Assembly (NCBI GenBank): GCA_965249725.1
Contig: OZ252251.1
Location: 288,001-352,000, forward strand
Reading direction: 5' to 3'
Source of the DNA: Longimicrobiales bacterium
GTDB lineage: Bacteria; Gemmatimonadota; Gemmatimonadetes; Longimicrobiales; Gaopeijiaceae
Length of the DNA stretch: 64,000 bases
Below the pieces are notes generated by a model that was not told the DNA's origin, did not search any database, and saw only the letters and a program-made list of their open reading frames with translations. Below are positions 29,149-38,681 of the stretch, one piece after another; position 1 is the first letter of the stretch; every line of letters starts with the position of its first letter. The position numbers were made by a program, and so were the translations under genes.

Positions 29149-29374
29149 AAGGCTGTTGAAGAAGTACAGCGGGTCGCGCACAGGGTGCAACCACCCTGTG
29201 CCCAACAGACGAGTTGATATGAGCTTACGTGTTCGTGGGTTGCGGTGGCACGACCCCATCTCCGTTGTTGGAGCTCCTAACCGTAGCTATGGCTATGGCG
29301 TCGTCGCTCCGCCTAGGATCTGGGGTCGTGGCATCCGCAACGCGGCCCACTGTACTTCTTCAACAGCCTTCTAG
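29145..29374. mobile_element. MITE-like element: 222 bp between two CTAG copies, 30-bp terminal inverted repeats, no transposase
   Basis: Left end CTAG-AAGGCTGTTGAAGAAGTACAGcGGGtCGCG (29145-29178) against the reverse complement of 29341-29374, CTAG-AAGGCTGTTGAAGAAGTACAGtGGGcCGCG (2 mismatches). Several internal hairpins. Confidence 0.8.
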
Positions 29375-29416
29375 TGCCCCCTCGACAGAGGTCGCGTTGA
29401 CCCGGGAGTCCGCGGT

Positions 29417-30406
29417 GTGACCCGGTACGTTGCGCGGAGAGTCCTCGCGGCGATTCCGCTGGTCCTCGGGGTCGCCACGATCGTGTTCTTCGTCGTCAAC
29501 CTGGCGCCTGGAGATCCGGCGCTCAGGTACATCAACCCGAGGCTCTCCTCCGACGCCATAGACCAGATCCGGGCGAGTATGGGCCTCGACCAGCCGGTCC
29601 TTGTCCGGTACGGGAAGTGGATGGTGGCCCTGGCCAAGGGGGATCTGGGATACTCTCTCACGCAGAATCGACCAGTCCTCGACATAGTCCGAGACCTTCT
29701 GCCGAATACGCTGCTACTGTCGGTGACCGCCGTGGGGATCGCCTTCGTCGTTGGAGTTCTTCTCGGGGTCGTTCAGGCCGTGCGCCAGTACTCCATCCTG
29801 GACTCCGTGTCTTCGGTGCTAGCCCTCTTCTTCTACTCTATGCCGTCTTTCTGGTTGGCACTGATGATGATCCTCACCTTCGCCCTCTTCGCGCGGAACG
29901 TGTGGGAGTGGCCCATCTGGTTTCCGCCGTCTGGTATGATCGACCAGGCCCGGTACCCCTTCATGTCCTCACTCGAGAAGGTGCAGGACAGGATCATGCA
30001 CCTGGTATTGCCGGCCACATCGCTGGCCCTCGTACTCGCCGCCGGGATCGCGCGCTTCACTCGAGGCAGTATGCTGGAGGTGATCCGACAGGATTATGTT
30101 CGCACGGCCCGCGCGAAGGGGCTTCCCGAGTGGGTGGTGGTCATGAAACACGCCTTGCGCAACGGGCTCATTCCGGTCGTTACCCTCCTCGGGCTTTACC
30201 TTCCGTTCCTTTTTAGTGGAGCCGTGTTCATCGAGTCGGTATTCGCGTGGCCGGGAATGGGTAAGTTGCTCGTGGATGGCGTCGTCGAGGGGGACTATCC
30301 GGTGGTCATGGGAACGAGCCTGATCTTCGCGACCATGGTCGTTATCGGTAATCTGATCGCCGATCTACTCTATGCCGTGGTTGATCCACGGATCCGGTAT
30401 GACTGA
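29417..30406 (+). CDS. dppB: peptide ABC transporter permease (DppB/OppB)
   Basis: LAPGDPA, GLDQP, GDLGYS, EAA-loop QDYVRTARAKGL...KHALRN, and IESVFAWPGMG. Confidence 0.93.
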   Translation: MTRYVARRVLAAIPLVLGVATIVFFVVNLAPGDPALRYINPRLSSDAIDQIRASMGLDQPVLVRYGKWMVALAKGDLGYSLTQNRPVLDIVRDLLPNTLLLSVTAVGIAFVVGVLLGVVQAVRQYSILDSVSSVLALFFYSMPSFWLALMMILTFALFARNVWEWPIWFPPSGMIDQARYPFMSSLEKVQDRIMHLVLPATSLALVLAAGIARFTRGSMLEVIRQDYVRTARAKGLPEWVVVMKHALRNGLIPVVTLLGLYLPFLFSGAVFIESVFAWPGMGKLLVDGVVEGDYPVVMGTSLIFATMVVIGNLIADLLYAVVDPRIRYD

Positions 30407-31550
30407 CCACACGCTGGATGGGCCGAGCCGGAAACCTCGTGGAGGAGCACGCCTCTCGGCCGTTCTTCCGGGGCTACCCCAACTACTTGCTGGCCGGTGG
30501 GCGGTCGGAACGATGAGCTTGCTGGTCTGGGTCGGCTTCCTGAGCGTGCTCGCCACGCGCTGGAACCGTTTCCAGGAGGCCTGGTCAGGCCCGGCGGATC
30601 ATCGACTCGCCGCCGTGATCCTGGTGGCCGGCCTCCTCTCCGCGTGGTCTTGGTCCATGAGGGACACGAAGCGCCCTGCGTTGGCGAGAGAAGGGGGGAT
30701 TAGCCAGTGGGATCTGGCGGTAGAGGCCTTCAAGAGGAACCGGATCGCGGTGATCGGCTTGTTCGCCCTCGTGTGCTTCTACCTGATCGCATTGATCACC
30801 CCCTTGATCTCGCCGCAAGACCCAACGGTCCAGAACTCGCTCACGACGCAGCGGATGCTTGCTCCGGGCGGTGGTTTTCCACTCGGCACAGACCGCTTGG
30901 CTCGGGATGTGTTCTCACGGATCCTCTACGGCGCGCGCATCTCTCTGTCCATTGGCTTCGTGGCCGTGGGGATCAGTCTCACAATCGGGACCTTGTTGGG
31001 CGCGGTTTCAGGCTTGCTGGGGGGGGGGGTGGTGGACGGACTCATCATGCGCTTCGTGGATATGGTGATCTCGTTTCCGCAACTCGTGCTTCTTATCGCG
31101 ATCATCGCCGTCTTCGAGCAGTCCTCCATCTTCACGATCGTCGCCGTCCTCGGCCTTACGCAGTGGCCCGGAACCACGCGGCTCGTGCGTGCGGAGGTGC
31201 TCAGCCTGAGGGAACGCGAGTTCGTTCAGGCGGCCCGGGCTCTGGGCCTGACTCGGATGAGAATCATACTCCGTCATGTGATCCCAAATACGATGGCTCC
31301 CGTGATTGTGGCGGCGACCTTGGGCATCGGAAACGTGATCGTGCTCGAAGCGGGGCTGTCCTTCTTGGGTATCGGAGTCCAGGCCCCGACACCGTCGTGG
31401 GGGTCGATGGTGGCCGAGGGACAGGATTACCTGTTGAACGCCTGGTGGATCTCGACCTTCCCCGGCCTTGCCATCGTGTTGACGGTAGTGGCCTTCAATC
31501 TCGTTGGCGATGGTCTCAGAGACGCCCTCGATCCGAGGCTGCGCACATGA
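30399..31550 (+). CDS. dppC: peptide ABC transporter permease (DppC/OppC) with extra N-terminal membrane extension
   Basis: [47 protein letters not shown] and [15 protein letters not shown]. Confidence 0.92.
   Translation: MTDHTLDGPSRKPRGGARLSAVLPGLPQLLAGRWAVGTMSLLVWVGFLSVLATRWNRFQEAWSGPADHRLAAVILVAGLLSAWSWSMRDTKRPALAREGGISQWDLAVEAFKRNRIAVIGLFALVCFYLIALITPLISPQDPTVQNSLTTQRMLAPGGGFPLGTDRLARDVFSRILYGARISLSIGFVAVGISLTIGTLLGAVSGLLGGGVVDGLIMRFVDMVISFPQLVLLIAIIAVFEQSSIFTIVAVLGLTQWPGTTRLVRAEVLSLREREFVQAARALGLTRMRIILRHVIPNTMAPVIVAATLGIGNVIVLEAGLSFLGIGVQAPTPSWGSMVAEGQDYLLNAWWISTFPGLAIVLTVVAFNLVGDGLRDALDPRLRT
31019..31029 (+). repeat. G11 homopolymer inside dppC (currently in frame)
   Basis: ggcttgctGGGGGGGGGGGtggtggac. 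Confidence 0.9.
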
Positions 31551-32587
31551 GTCGCCTCCTCGCCGTCAACGACCTCCGCACTTACTTCAACACCGACGCG
31601 GGTGTGGCTCGGGCGGTTGACGGCGTGTCCTTCCATGTAGAGGAGGGGGAGACGCTGGGCATCGTGGGCGAGTCCGGGTGCGGCAAGACCGTCACGTCCC
31701 TCTCGATCATGGGACTGATTCCCGATCCGCCGGGTGAGATCCTGAACGGAAGCTCCATACGTTTCTGCGACGAGGAGTTGGTGGGCGCGTCTAATCGGCG
31801 CCTCAGGGAGATCCGAGGGAACGACATCGCCATGATCTTCCAGGAGCCCATGACCTCGTTGAACCCGGTCTTCACGGTGGGCAATCAAATCGCGGAGGCC
31901 CTGAGGCAGCACCGGGGTCTCAACAAGCGAGAGGCCCGGACGGAGAGCGTCAGACTGCTCGGCGAGGTCGGAATTCCCGGGCCCGATCAGCGCTTTGACG
32001 AGTACCCTCACCAGTTGTCGGGGGGCATGAGACAGAGGGTAATGATCGCGATGGCTCTGTCCTGCGAGCCCAAGCTCCTCATTGCCGACGAACCCACCAC
32101 CGCTCTGGACGTCACGATTCAGGCTCAGATCCTAGACCTACTCGCGGCGCTTCGACGAGCGCACGGGATGTCCATGCTGCTCATCACTCACGACCTCGGG
32201 GTCGTGGCCGAGGTGTGTGATCGCGTTGTAGTCATGTACGCGGGACAGGTGGTAGAATCCGGGTCGGTGGAGGAGATCTTCGAGAATCCGCGCCATCCCT
32301 ACACCCAGGGTCTCCTGGCCTCCCTGCCGGAGTTGGGTGGCAAGGGACGCGAGCTCAACCCTATTCCGGGGGTGGTCCCCAGCCCGGTCGCCTGGCCGGA
32401 GGGATGCCGTTTCCGGGAGCGCTGTTCCTTCGCCTGGGAGCGCTGTCAGGGCGAGATGCCCGAGTTGCTGACCGTCGAAGGAGCTGCGGGGCGGGCCGCG
32501 CGGTGCTGGCTCGAGGAGGACTCCGGTTCTCCCGACTCGCCGCCGCCCGATTCGCTCGCCTCTGAGTCCGCCAGAGATCTCCCATGA
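31547..32587 (+). CDS. dppD: peptide ABC transporter ATP-binding protein (DppD/OppD)
   Basis: [42 protein letters not shown] and C-terminal Cys cluster. ATG at 31547 in an ATGA overlap. Confidence 0.95.
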   Translation: MSRLLAVNDLRTYFNTDAGVARAVDGVSFHVEEGETLGIVGESGCGKTVTSLSIMGLIPDPPGEILNGSSIRFCDEELVGASNRRLREIRGNDIAMIFQEPMTSLNPVFTVGNQIAEALRQHRGLNKREARTESVRLLGEVGIPGPDQRFDEYPHQLSGGMRQRVMIAMALSCEPKLLIADEPTTALDVTIQAQILDLLAALRRAHGMSMLLITHDLGVVAEVCDRVVVMYAGQVVESGSVEEIFENPRHPYTQGLLASLPELGGKGRELNPIPGVVPSPVAWPEGCRFRERCSFAWERCQGEMPELLTVEGAAGRAARCWLEEDSGSPDSPPPDSLASESARDLP

Positions 32588-33606
32588 GTCCGGGCTCAGG
32601 GAGCGGCAGCGGGTCGCCCGGCGATGTCCTGGTCGACGTCCGGAATCTCGAGAAGCACTTCCCGGTTCACCGTGGTGTCTTGGGGCGCACGGTTGGACAG
32701 GTCAGGGCGGTGGACGGCGTGAGCTTCCAGATTCGCCGGGGTGAGACATTGGGGCTCGTCGGCGAGTCCGGCTGTGGAAAGTCGACTACCGGCCGTGCCA
32801 TCCTCCGACTCCTCGAGCCGACGTCCGGCCAAGTGCTGTTCGATGGCGAAGACGTCGGTGCCATGGACCGCGATCGGTTGCGGGGATTGCGTAGGAGGGC
32901 GCAGATCGTCTTCCAGGACCCCTTCAGCTCTTTGAACCCGCGCATGACCGTCGGCGCGATGCTCAAGGAGGTCCTCAAGGTCCACGACCTGGCTGAGAAG
33001 GGCTCGGCACGACTGAGGCGCGTGGCCGAGTTGTTGGAGATCGTGGGATTGCGCGCCGAGGACGCCCACCGTTATCCGCATGAGTTCAGCGGAGGTCAGA
33101 GGCAGAGGATCGGCATCGCGCGTGCCCTATCGGTGGAGCCCGACTTCATCGTGTGTGATGAGCCGGTATCGGCTCTGGACGTGTCGGTTCAGGCGCAGGT
33201 GATCAACCTGTTGAAGGATCTGCAGACGGGGTTCGGTCTCACCTACCTGTTCATCGCCCACGATCTGGCTGTGGTGGAGTACGTGAGCGATCGGGTGGCG
33301 GTGATGTACCTGGGCAGGATCGTCGAGTCGGCCGTTGCGGAGGACCTGTATCGATCTCCTGAGCATCCCTACACGAGAGCTCTCCTCTCCTCCGTGCTGA
33401 GACCCGATCCGAAAACCACTCGAGCGCGGGAGCGTATCATGCTCCCGGGAGACGTGCCGAGCCCCATGAATCCCCCAGCGGGATGTCCTTTTCATCCCCG
33501 TTGTCCGCATCCGGGGAAGGACGAAATGTGCGGCCAGGTCGTTCCTCCGCTGGAGGAAAGAGCGTCGGGTCACTATGCGGCTTGTATCAAAGACGGAATG
33601 CCATAG
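32584..33606 (+). CDS. dppF: peptide ABC transporter ATP-binding protein (DppF/OppF)
   Basis: [40 protein letters not shown] and GCPFHPRC. Confidence 0.95.
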   Translation: MSPGSGSGSGSPGDVLVDVRNLEKHFPVHRGVLGRTVGQVRAVDGVSFQIRRGETLGLVGESGCGKSTTGRAILRLLEPTSGQVLFDGEDVGAMDRDRLRGLRRRAQIVFQDPFSSLNPRMTVGAMLKEVLKVHDLAEKGSARLRRVAELLEIVGLRAEDAHRYPHEFSGGQRQRIGIARALSVEPDFIVCDEPVSALDVSVQAQVINLLKDLQTGFGLTYLFIAHDLAVVEYVSDRVAVMYLGRIVESAVAEDLYRSPEHPYTRALLSSVLRPDPKTTRARERIMLPGDVPSPMNPPAGCPFHPRCPHPGKDEMCGQVVPPLEERASGHYAACIKDGMP

Positions 33607-33627
33607 GAGAGTCTTGGAGAATTAGGG

Positions 33628-33656
33628 TTGACAGGGTTGTCGGGCCGCTCCACAAT
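33628..33656 (+). promoter_or_regulatory. putative sigma70 promoter of the exbB-like gene
   Basis: TTGACA (33628-33633), 17 bp spacer, CACAAT (33651-33656). Confidence 0.65.
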
Positions 33657-33744
33657 TCGACTCCTTGCAAAAATCAGGATGTCTTGGCCTCCCGCATTTT
33701 CGGCCGGGGCGTGTGGTGGAAAAAATCCTATGCTGGAGGTTCCC

Positions 33745-34452
33745 TTGGTCGGTGTGACGCGTGTCTACAGTGCCCTGATGCAGATCCCCGGGGTCGATGC
33801 ACCCAATCTGACGCTGCAAGAGCAGTTGTCGACGAATTGGGATGGAATGGGCTTCATGCGCTGGCCATTGGCTTTATGCGTCGTTCTCGGAGCCATCGTC
33901 ATTACATGGAAGTTCTTCGACCTGCTCGTGAAGTCCGCTCGCACGAAGAAGGTGCTCAGCGAGGTCGACGAGCTCCTGAGCCAGCATCGAATCGATGAGG
34001 CGCTCGAGGCCACGCGGAATTCCGATGCCCCCGCGGCCAAAATCCTCTATGCTGGTCTCGATCGGCACGAGGAAGGCACGGAGCGTGTCATGAAGGCCAT
34101 CGAGAACCAGGGCTTGATCGAGCTGAGCAGGCTCGAGAAGGGACTCGTGATTTTGGCGACGCTGACCAACGTGGCGCCGCTTCTCGGCTTCCTCGGCACG
34201 GTGATCGGAATGATCATCGCCTTCCAATCCATCGAGGCGGCCGGTGAGGTCGAGGCGACGCTGGTGGCTGGAGGAATCAAGGTGGCGCTGCTCACCACGG
34301 CGGCCGGACTCGTCATCGCCATTCCGGTGAGCATCTCGCACAACTTCTTCGTGTCGCGGATCGACAGCTTGGTCATCGACATGGAAGAGTCGGCTCAGAA
34401 GATGATCGACGCGCTCCACGCGATGGAGACGGATCGAACCGCCAGCAGCTAA
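33745..34452 (+). CDS. MotA/TolQ/ExbB proton-channel family protein
   Basis: APLLGFLGTVIGMI, AGGIKVALLTTAAGLVIAIP and three TM helices. TTG at 33745 follows GGAGGT (start uncertain). Confidence 0.92.
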   Translation: MVGVTRVYSALMQIPGVDAPNLTLQEQLSTNWDGMGFMRWPLALCVVLGAIVITWKFFDLLVKSARTKKVLSEVDELLSQHRIDEALEATRNSDAPAAKILYAGLDRHEEGTERVMKAIENQGLIELSRLEKGLVILATLTNVAPLLGFLGTVIGMIIAFQSIEAAGEVEATLVAGGIKVALLTTAAGLVIAIPVSISHNFFVSRIDSLVIDMEESAQKMIDALHAMETDRTASS

Positions 34453-34479
34453 GTCTGGCACCGACTCGATGAGCACCGA

Positions 34480-34514
34480 GAGGGGCCACCCGTCAGGGTG
34501 GCCCCTCTTCTTTT
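34480..34514 (+). terminator. intrinsic terminator after the exbB-like gene
   Basis: GAGGGGCCACCC-gtca-GGGTGGCCCCTC followed by TTCTTTT. Confidence 0.9.
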
Positions 34515-34524
34515 CGCCCGTGTC

Positions 34525-34602
34525 CGACGGTGGTGCACGACGGTGGTGCACGATGGTGGTGCACGACGGTGGTGCACGATGGTGGTGCACGACGGTGGTG
34601 CA
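34525..34602. repeat. 13-bp tandem repeat CGAYGGTGGTGCA x6
   Basis: Six contiguous units differing only at position 4 (C,C,T,C,T,C). Confidence 0.95.
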
Positions 34603-34655
34603 CAGCGGTCGTGGCGCGCGAACTTCTGAGACACCACACTAGTATCTAGAACCTG

Positions 34656-37052
34656 TTGGCTTCCTCAGTACTATTCGGTGGGATTCGCAGCACAGTGAGA
34701 TCCGGCGGCACACTCCTTCTTCTGACCCTTCTTTCGGGGGCCGCTCCCGGTCCTCGGGTCGAGACCGCTCCGACTGCCCCGAATCTGACTGGTACCCTCT
34801 CCCCCTCCTCCCCATTCCGCTCCGATGCCCTTCTGGATTCGGCCCGAGCGGAGTTCGACGCCGGCCGGTATTGGCACGCCAGCCGTCTCCTGAGGTCGAG
34901 GCCCGAGGACGCAGAAAGGGAAGTCGCCGAGGTCCTTCTGCTGGCTCGTGCCGACGCCGGATGGAAGAACTGGTCGGGTGTCGTGGAGAGTCTCGAGGGG
35001 GTGGAGTGGCTGGATGCGCTGGAGGGTGCCGAAGGCCGCCGGCTCCTGGCCCGCGGGCTGGAGGCCGAGGAGCGCTGGGATGCCGCCGCCGATCATTTCG
35101 CTCTGTTCCGTAGGACGGATCCTAGCGGGAGCGTCGTAGCGCCCGAGGCTTCACGAGAGGCTCGCTCTGCGGCCAGGGCAGGCCGATGGGAGTCGGTCCC
35201 TGAGGCGTTGGAGATGGCCGGTGGGGAGTCCCCCGAGCTGGTGGCTTGGACGGCCCTCGACGTCGCCGAGTGGTCGGCGGCGGACGCGGACGTACAGCGG
35301 GTGCTCCAGCTGCTTCCGTGGATCCGGCGTGACTCGGCCGCCGCCGAGGCGGCGTGGGACATCGAGCCTCGGGTTCTCCTCGCATCAGGGGATTCCACCC
35401 GGGCCCTCGAGGCCTATGCGCGGAGCCTGGAAACCGAGACGCACCCCTCACGTCGTGGACGGGCCTTCTCGAGGGTAGGGCAGTTGAGGCTCGCCCAGGG
35501 CGACTCTGCGAGTGCGAAGCAGGCGTTTCTTGCCTCGCTCGCGGCCTATCCCCGGGGGCGGAGCGGTGCACGGTCCGCCAGCGCGGTGATCGACATGAAC
35601 GGGTTGGACACCGATCTCTCGCTCTTGGCGGCGCAGGCCCTGGACAGGGCGGGTGATAACAGACGCTCGCTCGATGCCTACGAACGGTACGTGGAGCTGC
35701 GCCCCGACTCACTAGAAGCTGATCCCGCGGTGCAGCTGGTCATGGCCCGTCTCCTTTCGGCGACCGGGCAGTATGAAGCCGCGGTCCGGGATTTCAGGAT
35801 ACTCGTCGAAACCGACGATCCCGACTTCGAGCTCAGAGTGCTCGATCAATGGCTCCGCACACGGAGGCGGCAGGGCAGACGCGATGCCGCCCGCACGATC
35901 CAGGGCTGGATCATCGAGCGCTTTCCCGAGAGCCGGCAGGCCGTCGACATCGTGTTTTCCTGGGCTGCTGCCGCTCACGATCGGGGCGCGCATACCGAGG
36001 CCTTCGCGGGCTACGAGAGGGCGATGACCATGGCGCCGTCCCTCAGCTCGGCCGGGCACGCGAGGATGCGACTGGGGCAGATGCACCTCCTGCAGGACGA
36101 CGTCGAGGCCGCAGCCGGTGTGTTCGAGGGGTACCTCGAGGACTTCCCGAATGGCCAGCGGTGGGAGGAGGCCGCCTATTGGGCGGCCTCGAGCCTGGAG
36201 TCGCTCGGTCGGGATCCCGAGGCCGAGGACTATTTGCGGATGATCCAGCGAGGGAGTCCGATTTCCTACTACGGGACCCTCGTTTCGGAACACCTCGCCG
36301 AGCCCTACGCCCCTTCGGTTCCCGACGGGCCTGTCTCCGACCCACCCGGGTGGCTGCGCGCCGGTTTGGCGACTCTGGATCTCCTCGCCGCTGCCGGCTT
36401 GGACGCCGGCGCGGAGAATCAGGTCGAGCAGCTCGTCTCGAGGTCGGACGGCTCTGTGCCGGAGAGCCTGGATCTGGCCGACAACCTGATCGAGCGGGGA
36501 TTCACGATCGACGGGATCAACGTGGGCTGGAAGCTGCTCCGCGAGGGGAGTCCATACAGCCGCAGACTCCTGCGTGTGCTGTATCCCTTCCCGTACCGGG
36601 ACATCGTGACTCGGGAGGCCGAGGAGGCCGGCATCGAGCCCTTCTTTCTCGCCTCGCTGATTCGGCAGGAATCGGCGTTCGCGCCGGCGATCCGGTCACC
36701 GGCCGGTGCCATCGGTCTCATGCAGGTGATGCCGGAGACCGGGCGGGAGCTGGCGAGGGGGCAGGGCATTCGGGGATTCACGCCCGAGAGCCTCGAGACG
36801 GCGGAGATCAATCTCCACCTTGGCACCACCTTCTGGGTGGATATGGAGCGTCGCTACGGGGACGGCAATCTGCCGTTGGCCCTCTCGGCCTACAACGCTG
36901 GACCGACGCGGGCGCGACGGTGGCGGCGCTTCCCGGAGGCCGAGGATCCCCTACGCTTCACCGAGCGGATTCCCTTCGATGAGACACGTGGCTATGTGAA
37001 GAACATCACGCGCAACATCCACGTGTACCGCTTCCTCTACGGGCAAGACTGA
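34656..37052 (+). CDS. TPR-containing soluble lytic transglycosylase (Slt70-like)
   Basis: Signal-like N-terminus, TPR-like helices, and SLT motifs IRQESAF, AIGLMQVMP, SAYNAG and ERIPFDETRGYV. Start uncertain. Confidence 0.9.
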   Translation: MASSVLFGGIRSTVRSGGTLLLLTLLSGAAPGPRVETAPTAPNLTGTLSPSSPFRSDALLDSARAEFDAGRYWHASRLLRSRPEDAEREVAEVLLLARADAGWKNWSGVVESLEGVEWLDALEGAEGRRLLARGLEAEERWDAAADHFALFRRTDPSGSVVAPEASREARSAARAGRWESVPEALEMAGGESPELVAWTALDVAEWSAADADVQRVLQLLPWIRRDSAAAEAAWDIEPRVLLASGDSTRALEAYARSLETETHPSRRGRAFSRVGQLRLAQGDSASAKQAFLASLAAYPRGRSGARSASAVIDMNGLDTDLSLLAAQALDRAGDNRRSLDAYERYVELRPDSLEADPAVQLVMARLLSATGQYEAAVRDFRILVETDDPDFELRVLDQWLRTRRRQGRRDAARTIQGWIIERFPESRQAVDIVFSWAAAAHDRGAHTEAFAGYERAMTMAPSLSSAGHARMRLGQMHLLQDDVEAAAGVFEGYLEDFPNGQRWEEAAYWAASSLESLGRDPEAEDYLRMIQRGSPISYYGTLVSEHLAEPYAPSVPDGPVSDPPGWLRAGLATLDLLAAAGLDAGAENQVEQLVSRSDGSVPESLDLADNLIERGFTIDGINVGWKLLREGSPYSRRLLRVLYPFPYRDIVTREAEEAGIEPFFLASLIRQESAFAPAIRSPAGAIGLMQVMPETGRELARGQGIRGFTPESLETAEINLHLGTTFWVDMERRYGDGNLPLALSAYNAGPTRARRWRRFPEAEDPLRFTERIPFDETRGYVKNITRNIHVYRFLYGQD

Positions 37053-37080
37053 GCGTTTACACGGTCCGTCGGGGGCCTTC

Positions 37081-37110
37081 TTGACGATGGGCCCGCCTGC
37101 CCCCTAACCT
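37081..37110 (+). promoter_or_regulatory. putative sigma70 promoter of csp
   Basis: TTGACG, 18 bp spacer, TAACCT. Confidence 0.5.
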
Positions 37111-37209
37111 AGAAGTGCGGGTCGGGAGACCCGGTCGCCGCCCTCGGCTGGACCGCGAGCTCGGGGCGCCGAGTAGCTAGCGTTTCATGCTGCAAAAGGA
37201 GTGGTCGGA

Positions 37210-37410
37210 ATGTCCAAAGGGACCGTCAAGTGGTTCAACGATTCAAAGGGGTACGGCTTCATCTCTCAGCAGGAGGGTGAAGACGTCTTCGTCCACTTCT
37301 CCTCTATCGTAGGGGACGGCTTTCGCACCCTTGCGGAAGGCGAGGAAGTCGAGTTCGAGCTGGCCACGACCGAGAAGGGGTGCCAAGCCGCGAAGGTCAT
37401 CCGGGCATAG
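37210..37410 (+). CDS. cspA: cold-shock protein (CspA family)
   Basis: [15 protein letters not shown] (RNP1) and DVFVHFS (RNP2). AAGGAG RBS before ATG 37210. Confidence 0.97.
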   Translation: MSKGTVKWFNDSKGYGFISQQEGEDVFVHFSSIVGDGFRTLAEGEEVEFELATTEKGCQAAKVIRA

Positions 37411-37434
37411 ACGCACTCCCCATCCCAAAGCAAG

Positions 37435-37474
37435 ACGCCCCGCGGACCGCAACGGTCCGCGGGGCGTTCTGTTT
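37435..37474. terminator. intrinsic terminator after csp
   Basis: ACGCCCCGCGGACCG-caa-CGGTCCGCGGGGCGT followed by tctgttt. Confidence 0.85.
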
Positions 37475-37484
37475 CCTGTTCGAG

Positions 37485-37526
37485 CGCCGGCGGACGAACG
37501 CCGGTGGACCAACGCCGGCGGACGAA
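37485..37526. repeat. 14-bp tandem repeat CGCCGGYGGACSAA x3
   Basis: cgccggcggacgaa cgccggtggaccaa cgccggcggacgaa, followed by a degenerate fourth unit. Confidence 0.85.
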
Positions 37527-37554
37527 CGTCGGTGTCGGTTGCCTGACGCCGGTG

Positions 37555-38514
37555 TCAGTTGCCCTGTCGAAGCGAGATCGAACCGTCTCCCGTTCGTAGA
37601 TCGATCATCGGCCCACCTCCGTTCAGCGTACCCTGGACCGAATGCTCCCGGATGCGGCCCATGAGCTGAAGACCCTGCTCGACGCTGAGATCTTCGCCGT
37701 CCATGTGTACGTCTGCGGCGATGTCTGCAGGCGCTGTCAGAACGATGTCTCCGTCGCCCGTCGACACCGAGATCTCGTTCGCATCAAGCAGGTTGATGCG
37801 GATGTCCCCGTCGCCCGAGGCCACGTCTAGCGGGGCTCGGACAGAACGGAGGATCACATCGCCGTCCGACGTCCGTATTTCGGCCCGTTGGCTCTCGAGC
37901 CGATCGACGATGATGTCTCCGTCCGAGGTATGGATGTCGAGATCCCCGTTCTCGGCGGCGTCCACGGCGATGTCACCATCGGAACTCCTCAGGACGGTGT
38001 TGCCGGAGAGGCTGGTGGCCTGGATGTCTCCGTCGTCCGTCTGGACGCGTACATCCGTGCCCTCGGGGATGGCTACGACGACGGTGACCGAGAAGCTGCG
38101 ATGCTCCCGCCACTCGCTGTTGCTGATGTCATGGTCGTCGGCTTCGACGTAGACCGTGTTGTTCCGCTCGGTCACGCCGAAGTCCATGTCCTCGAAGACC
38201 TCGAGAGCCCACTCCATGTCCGAGGCGTCTACATAGGCACGCACGTCGACAGTGGAGCCCGAAACGGATTCCAGGACGATGTCCGCGTCGGCCAGGTCCA
38301 CGTCCAGTCCACCGTCTCGGACGTCGAACTGACGTGTGAAGACTTCCTCGCCGTATGAAGAGTATGCGGCCCTCTGCACGTCGGCCTTCTCTGCGACCCG
38401 GGCTTCACCGGGGCTTTGGTGAGCCGATAGGCGCGCCTGGATCCTCGCGCCCGCAATGCCCAAGAGAGCTACACTGGCGATACCGGCGATCAGGAGTCTT
38501 GGTCGTGTATTCAT
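37555..38514 (-). CDS. DUF4097-family beta-strand-repeat (putative adhesin-like) exported protein
   Basis: N-terminal hydrophobic segment, repeated (T/S)-(S/G/D)-DGD(I/V) motifs, and C-terminal NGGGP-IDLRTGDGSI. Confidence 0.85.
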   Translation of the reverse strand: MNTRPRLLIAGIASVALLGIAGARIQARLSAHQSPGEARVAEKADVQRAAYSSYGEEVFTRQFDVRDGGLDVDLADADIVLESVSGSTVDVRAYVDASDMEWALEVFEDMDFGVTERNNTVYVEADDHDISNSEWREHRSFSVTVVVAIPEGTDVRVQTDDGDIQATSLSGNTVLRSSDGDIAVDAAENGDLDIHTSDGDIIVDRLESQRAEIRTSDGDVILRSVRAPLDVASGDGDIRINLLDANEISVSTGDGDIVLTAPADIAADVHMDGEDLSVEQGLQLMGRIREHSVQGTLNGGGPMIDLRTGDGSISLRQGN

Positions 38515-38681
38515 CGTCTTCCCCGCGTCGAGATGGAGCTTCCTTCTGCTCCGTGTTGGACGGCGTCCGAGGCAGGAGGGTTGGAATCACGAGAAGACCG
38601 GGTAGGCTGCTGGCCGGCCCTGTGTACCGGGTCTAGATTCCTCGGCCTATGACACCCCCGCGGCCACCGCTCTCCTAGCAT

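Noticed and set aside
34525..34602. Repeat array as a CRISPR
   Set aside because: Units are 13 bp and contiguous, with no unique spacers and no cas genes. The same holds for the 14-bp and 37-bp repeats.
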